Shown here: one piece after another, positions 25,787-32,000 of the stretch
Position numbering within the stretch: position 1 is the stretch's first letter
Layout: every line of letters starts with the position of its first letter
From: Psychrobacter sp. HD31
Lineage (GTDB): Bacteria > Pseudomonadota > Gammaproteobacteria > Pseudomonadales > Moraxellaceae
Length of the DNA: 32,000 nt
NCBI RefSeq assembly: GCF_051097895.1
Contig: NZ_CP142525.1
Location: 840,001-872,000, forward strand
Reading direction: 5' to 3'
Made by a program: the position numbers and the translations under genes
The notes under the pieces: model-generated
What the model was told of the DNA's origin: nothing
The model's database searches: none
Seen by the model: the letters and a program-made list of their open reading frames with translations, nothing else

Positions 25787-27994
25787 TTGTTAGGGAATAC
25801 AACAGATATGACACAGCACACTATCGATAACACTTCCCTTCCGCATATTCTTAATTTAATTTGTGATATTAACGCAAACCCAGTCAGTAAAACTGAGCAA
25901 ATTGCTATTTTCAAATCCTTGATAAATACACTCAGGGTAGATCCACATCATTATTCTGAATCAAACTACACTCAACACGTCAATGATAAAATTGATGCAC
26001 TTATCAAATTATTAAAACACAACCCAAGCTATCAGACCTCGCTCGGTAAATTTTTGCTGCAACTTATCAATCAATACAACCCAGACTCTATCTTTGCAGA
26101 TATTGATATTTCATCTTACAAAGGGTTTTTCTCAAAACTAACACAGCTTATCAGTCATCGTGTTTTACCTATGGTTGTCGACGATAACGATATTATGAGT
26201 CTTATAGATGAGGTATTTGATAAAGACTATGATATTACTTGGTTGCTGGCTGTCGATTTACAAAAATACGATGCCCTAATTAATTGCATCCATTTAAACG
26301 ATGATGACCTTCATATGGTCGCCACGACTAAAAATAACATTTTAAATGCGATGGTCGTTTTATCCCAACGCATCAGTGGCATGGGGCTAAATAAAGAGCT
26401 CATGAGCAAATATCCACATATGCTTAATTACTCTTCTGCTTTTGTTGCCCAAAATCAAGAAACATTACAATATGTAGATAACTATCGGAAGTTGCATCAA
26501 CTGGATAACCTAACTGACTTTATGCCTGTAGAAGACGTCAACCCCAACCACTTACAAGTGATGTTAGAACAGTGTCAAGACATCGTTAAAACTACCCGTA
26601 AACAGATATATAAAACGGGCGTTTCTGTTGAGTTAATCAGCGTACTTTTTACATTAGAAAAAAGTATCAATCGTTTAAATTTATTAATCGGTTTGGTATC
26701 AAACAATCAAGGAAAAAGATACAAGTCCATCTTTTTTCTCGTACACTCTTTAGTTAAACATGGGAAAAAACGTTTTAGTGTCGTTTCTTTGGTGAATAAT
26801 AACACTCGATTACTGTCACAAAAAGTTACCGAGAATGCCAGTAAAGTTGGCGAGCATTATATAACCACCGACAAATCTGGTTATTATAAAATGTTTAAAA
26901 AAGCAGCCATTGGTGGTTTAATAATCCCAATCATGGCAACGCTTAAAATTCTTTCTTACGAGTGGTCTGTCGCTCCGTTATGGCGGGCAATTATTGACAG
27001 TTTTATTTATGGGTTTGGCTTTGTTCTTATCCATATTTTACATGGCACCGTCGCCACCAAACAACCTGCCATGACAGCGGCCGCTATTGCCTCTACCATT
27101 TCTGACTCAGCGCAAGAGTCAGGCAAAAAGGCCAAGCATCAACTCAATAGCTTGTCAGAGTTAATTGTTGATATTATGCGTAGCCAAGGTGTCGCCATTG
27201 CAGGCAATATCCTACTTGCCATGCCAATTGCATTCATCGTTTCTTGGTTGTGGCTATCACTTTTTGGCAACCCATTTATTACTGAATATAAAGCGAACGG
27301 CTTACTTGCCGACTTAAATCCAATTAGTTCGCTCGCTATTCCCCATGCCATGCTGGCAGGGGTGTTTTTGTTTTTTTCAGGGTTAGTGGCAGGCTATTAT
27401 GATAATCTTGCGGTAAGTAATCAGATTGGCAAGCGTATCGCCAACCATGGGCTTTTGACTCAGTGGCTGAACCCCAAAAAATTAGCTCAGTTTGCCAACT
27501 ACATACAAAACAATTTGGGCGCACTTATGAGCAACTTTTCGTTTGGTATGCTGCTTGGGTCAACTGGTACTATTGGTTATATCCTAGGGTTGCCACTTGA
27601 CATTCGCCACATTGCATTTGCTTCTGCCAATCTGGCACATGGTTTATATAATTTAGACACAGCTTCCATAAGTCTGTATCTGGTTTTTATAAGCATTTTA
27701 GGCGTACTTTTTATTGGATTGGCAAATTTAGTTGTGAGTTTTACGCTTGCCTTGTTTGTGGCATTAAAATCAAAAAATGTTACCTTTGCAGAATGGGGTA
27801 ATTTGATACGCTTGGTATTTATGCACCTATTAACGCATCCATTAGACTTTATATTGCCCCGCTCTAAGCCTATTGATTATAAGCATATTGATAATGAAGG
27901 ACATATCATCCATGATAATAATTCATCTGAGCATCAATACAATTATCAAGACAATATAATTAGAAGCATTAACCGTAAATCAAAAAAGCAATGA
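25787..27994 (+). CDS. Large two-part protein: a ~370-aa soluble helical N-terminal half plus a C-terminal half with about 6-7 TM helices. It resembles the family commonly auto-annotated 'site-specific recombinase' (Gcr-like)
   Basis: 735-aa ORF from a TTG at 25787; an ATG lies at 25808. Hydrophobic segments include AAIGGLIIPIMATLKIL, IIDSFIYGFGFVLIHILHG, GVAIAGNILLAMPIAFIVSWLWLSLFG, LAIPHAMLAGVFLFFSGLVAGYY, FSFGMLLGSTGTIGYILGL and ISLYLVFISILGVLFIGLANLVVSFTLALFVAL. The family assignment is from memory and is not verified. Confidence 0.55.
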   Translation: MLGNTTDMTQHTIDNTSLPHILNLICDINANPVSKTEQIAIFKSLINTLRVDPHHYSESNYTQHVNDKIDALIKLLKHNPSYQTSLGKFLLQLINQYNPDSIFADIDISSYKGFFSKLTQLISHRVLPMVVDDNDIMSLIDEVFDKDYDITWLLAVDLQKYDALINCIHLNDDDLHMVATTKNNILNAMVVLSQRISGMGLNKELMSKYPHMLNYSSAFVAQNQETLQYVDNYRKLHQLDNLTDFMPVEDVNPNHLQVMLEQCQDIVKTTRKQIYKTGVSVELISVLFTLEKSINRLNLLIGLVSNNQGKRYKSIFFLVHSLVKHGKKRFSVVSLVNNNTRLLSQKVTENASKVGEHYITTDKSGYYKMFKKAAIGGLIIPIMATLKILSYEWSVAPLWRAIIDSFIYGFGFVLIHILHGTVATKQPAMTAAAIASTISDSAQESGKKAKHQLNSLSELIVDIMRSQGVAIAGNILLAMPIAFIVSWLWLSLFGNPFITEYKANGLLADLNPISSLAIPHAMLAGVFLFFSGLVAGYYDNLAVSNQIGKRIANHGLLTQWLNPKKLAQFANYIQNNLGALMSNFSFGMLLGSTGTIGYILGLPLDIRHIAFASANLAHGLYNLDTASISLYLVFISILGVLFIGLANLVVSFTLALFVALKSKNVTFAEWGNLIRLVFMHLLTHPLDFILPRSKPIDYKHIDNEGHIIHDNNSSEHQYNYQDNIIRSINRKSKKQ

Positions 27995-28833
27995 AACAAT
28001 CCAACACATCACTAACCACTCTCATGCCCACTCACGCAGTGCCGGGTAGTAAGATACAAGATATCAATCAACTTGCAACCCTACCTGCACTGTTTGTCTC
28101 TCATGGTGCGCCAAGCTTAGCAATAGAAAAATCTGCCACTACCATCGCACTTAACAAAATTGGACAAAATTTACCGACGCCTAAAGCCATTATCATTATG
28201 TCTGCGCATTGGCAATCGCAACGATTAGAAATAAACAGTAACCCAAGACCAAAAACATGGCATGACTTTAAAGGGTTTGATGACAGTTTGTATCAAATAG
28301 ACTACCCTGCTTTAGGGCACCCCATGCTGGCTGAATATATTGCCCAACAACTTGACGAGAAAAATATTGCTTGCTCACTTAACCCCATCCGTGCGTTTGA
28401 TCATGGCGTTTGGGTTCCTTTAAAGCATTTATACCCTGCGGCAAACATTCCTATCGTGCAGCTCTCTTTACCATTACACTTTAATGCCCATACCTGTTAT
28501 CAATTGGGGGCTTTATTTGCAAAATTAAGACAGCAACAAATAATGATAATAGGTTCTGGTAGTATTACACACAACTTAAAACAGCTAAGATGGGGCGCAT
28601 CAACCATAGACATGCAAGCAAAACGCTTTAAGGACTGGTTACTAAGCAAGCTTAAATATGATGTGCCGAGTGCTTTGGATTGGCAAACATTTGATGGGGT
28701 TGAATTGGTACATCCAACCGCTGAACATTTGCTACCACTTTTTTTTGCACTGGGTGCAGGTCAACGGGTATCTGTGGTACATCAAAGTATGGTATACCAC
28801 AGCTTGGGGATGGATATTTTGCGGTTTGATTAG
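27991..28833 (+). CDS. ygiD: Class III extradiol ring-cleavage dioxygenase (YgiD / 4,5-DOPA dioxygenase-like, LigB superfamily)
   Basis: 280-aa ORF. LPALFVSHGAPSLAIE parallels E. coli YgiD MPALFLGHGSPMN. AHWQ, FDHGVWVPL and GSGSITHNL motifs are present. The ATG overlaps the upstream stop (ATGA at 27991-27994). An alternative start, M12, is at 28024. Confidence 0.8.
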   Translation: MKQSNTSLTTLMPTHAVPGSKIQDINQLATLPALFVSHGAPSLAIEKSATTIALNKIGQNLPTPKAIIIMSAHWQSQRLEINSNPRPKTWHDFKGFDDSLYQIDYPALGHPMLAEYIAQQLDEKNIACSLNPIRAFDHGVWVPLKHLYPAANIPIVQLSLPLHFNAHTCYQLGALFAKLRQQQIMIIGSGSITHNLKQLRWGASTIDMQAKRFKDWLLSKLKYDVPSALDWQTFDGVELVHPTAEHLLPLFFALGAGQRVSVVHQSMVYHSLGMDILRFD

Positions 28834-28879
28834 TTGATTTGACTACTAGTGACTGTTGATAAAAGTTTAAAAGGTGGTG

Positions 28880-29407
28880 TTATTCTGCTGATTGATTTTT
28901 ATCATCATAGTCTGCAAACATTTCTTCAAGCATTTCATCAATATTAACCTTTGCCATCTCTGGATACGCCTTAGTAACATTGATCAGCTCAAGGTGGTTA
29001 ACATACCACTCACCAGCTTCTTCTACCGCCATTGATACACTCGACATTGCAACATCTTTATCGATATAAAGTACTGGAAATAAAACATACTCTGTACCAC
29101 TTACCGATTCAATCACTTTTGCTTTTTCTAAATCTGCTAAATAAAAGACTTGTTGAGTTTGATTGATTTTTTTGGGGTTTTTAGCAAATGTTTGTTTCAG
29201 CTCTTCAAGATTAACACCTTCCGTTTCTAACACTTTAGGAGACATATTAGCAAAAAAAGCAAAACCATCTCCTGTTTTAAAACCGTGTTGGATTTGGGTG
29301 ATCTTTTCTTCAATCTGTGATTTATCTTTATCGTTATAAGCAAGTGCTGCAACACTGGTTGCTAAGATAACCGCTGCAACACTGAGTTGTTTGATTATTT
29401 TTTTCAT
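28880..29407 (-). CDS. Hypothetical secreted protein
   Basis: 175-aa ORF with the cleavable signal peptide MKKIIKQLSVAAVILATSVAALA|YN and an acidic mature part. I recognise no family. It lies 113 bp downstream of the MFS transporter gene, on the same strand. Confidence 0.65.
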   Translation of the reverse strand: MKKIIKQLSVAAVILATSVAALAYNDKDKSQIEEKITQIQHGFKTGDGFAFFANMSPKVLETEGVNLEELKQTFAKNPKKINQTQQVFYLADLEKAKVIESVSGTEYVLFPVLYIDKDVAMSSVSMAVEEAGEWYVNHLELINVTKAYPEMAKVNIDEMLEEMFADYDDKNQSAE

Positions 29408-29520
29408 ATCCTTCCTCTTTATAAACGACGGTTAAAATCCAAATTTAATATATAGTATTAAAACATACTGTTAGTATTTTAATATTATTTTTTTGTTATT
29501 TTAAACGTTATGGATAACTT

Positions 29521-30753
29521 TTATTCAATATCTTCTAGGTCTAAATCTGGGTTGATTTTCCATACCAGTAAAGTACCCATCACCATTAAAATAGACATGG
29601 TAATACCAAGTTTTGCAACCGAATTAAAAGGAAACAAATTAAGTAAAAACCCACCAAAAATCCCTACACTAAACATCAGCGCCCCTTGCAAAGCACTTGC
29701 CATACCTGCCCTATGTTTTTGATAAGCAAGCGCAATCGCACCGGCATTTGGCTGACTTAACCCTAACGCTGCAATACAAAAAAAGATGCTCAGTAAAACC
29801 AAAGGTAGCCAAGCTTGTTCTCCCATGCTTAAACCCAGTGTCATTAATACAAGAGCAGCGCTTAGCTGCAGCAAAGCGCCAAAACGTAAAATACTAACCA
29901 ACCTAAAATGATTAACCAACCACTGATTTAGCTGAGTTAATGCAATAAAACCAGAAGCATTGGTACCAAAAATAATACTAAACTGACTTTCTGAGAGTCC
30001 ATAACCATCCATCAATAGCTCAGATGACGAACTGATATAAACAAACATTGCCCCCATCAATAACCCTGCGCCAACAGCAGGAAAACTAAATCTTTGGTCT
30101 TTTAATAAATCAACATATTGTTTAATAATCTGGCTAGATGGTTGTGTGTTTCTATATTCATCAGTTAAGGTTTCTTTTAAAAATAATTTACCCAAACCAA
30201 TATTTAATAAACCATAAATCAACAAAAACCAAAAAATAGCATGCCAATCTGCAAACTGTAATAACAATGCCCCCAATGATGGTGCCAAAATAGGGGCGAC
30301 CCCCATTACCAACATCATTAAAGCAAAAGCTTTTGCTGTTTGCTTGGGAGTTAAAGTATCTCTAATAGCAGCACGTGTAACGACAGATGTTACACACGCC
30401 CCTAATGCCTGAAAAGTGCGCGCTGTAAAAAGCACATAGGGATTTTCTGTTTGCAGGCAAACAATTGTTGCCAAAACAAATATAGCCATTCCAATATAAA
30501 ATGGTTTAACACGCCCTACTTTATCGCTAAAAGGTCCATAAAATAACTGCCCAAATACCAAACCTATAAAATAGGCTGGCACAGAGTTAGCAATAAAGCC
30601 AGTTGAAACCCCAAAACTTTTTGCCATGGCAGGCAAAGCAGGTAAATACATATCTATGGATAAGGGGCCAATAGCAATCATCACCCCCATCACCATTACC
30701 CAAAGGCTAGGGAAATCATTATTTTTATTCGTATTTACTTTTTGGTTTGTCAT
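29521..30753 (-). CDS. Bcr/CflA-family MFS drug efflux transporter
   Basis: 410-aa ORF with 12 predicted TM helices. The N-terminal motif SIDMYLPALPAMAKSFGVS and GPFSDKVGRVKP (MFS motif A region) are typical of the Bcr/CflA subfamily. Confidence 0.85.
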   Translation of the reverse strand: MTNQKVNTNKNNDFPSLWVMVMGVMIAIGPLSIDMYLPALPAMAKSFGVSTGFIANSVPAYFIGLVFGQLFYGPFSDKVGRVKPFYIGMAIFVLATIVCLQTENPYVLFTARTFQALGACVTSVVTRAAIRDTLTPKQTAKAFALMMLVMGVAPILAPSLGALLLQFADWHAIFWFLLIYGLLNIGLGKLFLKETLTDEYRNTQPSSQIIKQYVDLLKDQRFSFPAVGAGLLMGAMFVYISSSSELLMDGYGLSESQFSIIFGTNASGFIALTQLNQWLVNHFRLVSILRFGALLQLSAALVLMTLGLSMGEQAWLPLVLLSIFFCIAALGLSQPNAGAIALAYQKHRAGMASALQGALMFSVGIFGGFLLNLFPFNSVAKLGITMSILMVMGTLLVWKINPDLDLEDIE

Positions 30754-30910
30754 TTAAGTGTCTTTATTATTTTATTAGCATTGATGTTTTCATCAACGTT
30801 GGTTTATTAAAACTTCTTAATAAGCCTACTGATTTTTGGTTATGAGTTTAATTTGCATATTGCCCCCATTCTACGCATTTATACGGTAATATTCATTCAT
30901 TTTATTGATT

Positions 30911-30942
30911 AAAAAACCTTATGAGCTATCAGCCCATAAGGT
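30911..30942 (-). terminator. Intrinsic terminator of mutM
   Basis: On the minus strand, ACCTTATG-(11-nt loop)-CATAAGGT is followed by TTTTTT, about 30 nt after the mutM stop. Confidence 0.6.
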
Positions 30943-30971
30943 CATACTATTAAGTAAAAGCTCTGCCCTAT

Positions 30972-31904
30972 CTACAAAGGCTGACACTTTGGACAAAATG
31001 TACTCGCCCGCCCATTAATTTTCACACTCTCTATCATCGTTTTGCAAGTTGGACACGGCTGTTTGTCTTTGCCATAAACCAACAAGGTTTGCTGAAAATA
31101 GCCCGTGGTTCCTCCACCAACGGTAAAATCTTTAAGGGTGGAGCCTCCTTTTTTAATGGCAGTCGCAAGAACGGACTTGATATGAGCAACTAAAAGAGAA
31201 AGTTGCTCTGGCGTTAACACATTGGCAGGCGTGCTTGGGTGGATACTAGATAAAAACAGGCTCTCAGTTGCATAAATATTACCCACACCAACCACCACTT
31301 TTTGTTCCATAATTACCGACTTAATAGCACGGCTAATTGGCTTTGCCTGTTTGCTTATCTTATTACCATCTGCATCTAATCTATGGATATAACGGTATAA
31401 ATAATTAGCATCAAAAGCGTCATCGGCTGGTTCTACGCCTAGGTGGTCAAGCAAACGCTGACGATAAGTTTTGCCTGATTCATCTATTACATCTGCCCAC
31501 AACACAGCCCCAAACTTACGTGGATCATGATAATGTAACTGAGTTATCTTACTGGCATCCTCCACAAACTCAACAATAAGGTGATCATGCTTTCGTTTAT
31601 CTGTCTGTTTTGGGTATTGCTGTAAACTGCCCGACATACCAAGGTGAATGATGAGTGATTTTTGAGTAGAACCCCGCCCATTCACACTTTCTTTATGGAA
31701 AAAGGATGTGGCTTTCTCAAAGTCCAAAATTAAATATTTTGCACGTCGATTCAGCTTGGTTAGGCGGTAACCTTCAAGCTCATCAATATCGGCAGGGATT
31801 TGCCAACGCAATTTAGGCTGATAAAGACGCACGGCTTGCACTTTTTGGTTAAGCAACGGCTCTAAGCTTTTTTTTGTGGTTTCTACTTCTGGCAACTCTG
31901 GCAT
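30972..31904 (-). CDS. mutM: Formamidopyrimidine-DNA glycosylase (Fpg/MutM)
   Basis: 310-aa ORF with the N-terminal catalytic MPELPEVETT, an H2TH region, and the C-terminal zinc finger CPTCKTMIESVKINGRASTFCPKCQ. It is longer than the ~270-aa norm because of internal insertions. Confidence 0.94.
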   Translation of the reverse strand: MPELPEVETTKKSLEPLLNQKVQAVRLYQPKLRWQIPADIDELEGYRLTKLNRRAKYLILDFEKATSFFHKESVNGRGSTQKSLIIHLGMSGSLQQYPKQTDKRKHDHLIVEFVEDASKITQLHYHDPRKFGAVLWADVIDESGKTYRQRLLDHLGVEPADDAFDANYLYRYIHRLDADGNKISKQAKPISRAIKSVIMEQKVVVGVGNIYATESLFLSSIHPSTPANVLTPEQLSLLVAHIKSVLATAIKKGGSTLKDFTVGGGTTGYFQQTLLVYGKDKQPCPTCKTMIESVKINGRASTFCPKCQPL

Positions 31905-31926
31905 ACGCTTACCTTAAACTCATAAC

Positions 31927-32000
31927 CTACGCCACCGCACGGCGAGACTGGATAATACCAGGTTGTTGTTCTAATTTAGCCAATAGTTTAGACAATTGTG
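31927..32000 (-). CDS. 3' end of an unidentified minus-strand gene that continues beyond the window end
   Basis: My translation of the minus strand gives ...QLSKLLAKLEQQPGIIQSRRAVA* with the TAG stop at 31929-31927, 22 nt upstream of the mutM start. It is too short to identify. Confidence 0.35.
   Translation of the reverse strand, partial: QLSKLLAKLEQQPGIIQSRRAVA

Overview
This looks like a chromosomal, mostly housekeeping segment of an AT-rich gammaproteobacterium. My best guess is Moraxellaceae (Psychrobacter/Moraxella/Acinetobacter-like), inferred from gene order and from the Q/N/K-rich low-complexity inserts in otherwise conserved proteins. The left third is the conserved minus-strand cluster bamA (5' part)-rseP-dxr-cdsA-uppS-frr-pyrH, followed by rimO. 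Diverging from rimO is ntrB-ntrC, preceded by a readable sigma-54 promoter and an NtrC-type upstream site. Next come a small orphan gene and tRNA-Leu(UAG). After that, housekeeping genes (ndk, ychF, ybeY, rlmH, mutM) are interspersed with accessory or poorly characterised genes: a lipoprotein, a DUF815 ATPase, a LysR regulator with a divergent GST, a DUF2233 lipoprotein, an MscS-type channel, a Bcr/CflA MFS pump and two unknown proteins. I found no transposase, integrase, CRISPR array, toxin-antitoxin pair or recognisable defence gene. The candidates most worth a second look are: (1) a cNMP/CBS-gated DUF294-type nucleotidyltransferase next to a DEDDh 3'-5' exonuclease, with an unusually structured upstream region; (2) a 735-aa half-soluble, half-polytopic membrane protein of the family usually auto-annotated 'site-specific recombinase'. 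Its stop overlaps (ATGA) the start of a YgiD-like extradiol dioxygenase, and it is preceded by a 338-bp leader containing a 12(+3)-bp inverted repeat; (3) an orphan intrinsic-terminator hairpin in a 387-bp AT-rich divergent intergenic region, a possible sRNA. I see no compelling evidence for a wholly new multi-gene system. These are hypotheses that need database and experimental checks I cannot run here.
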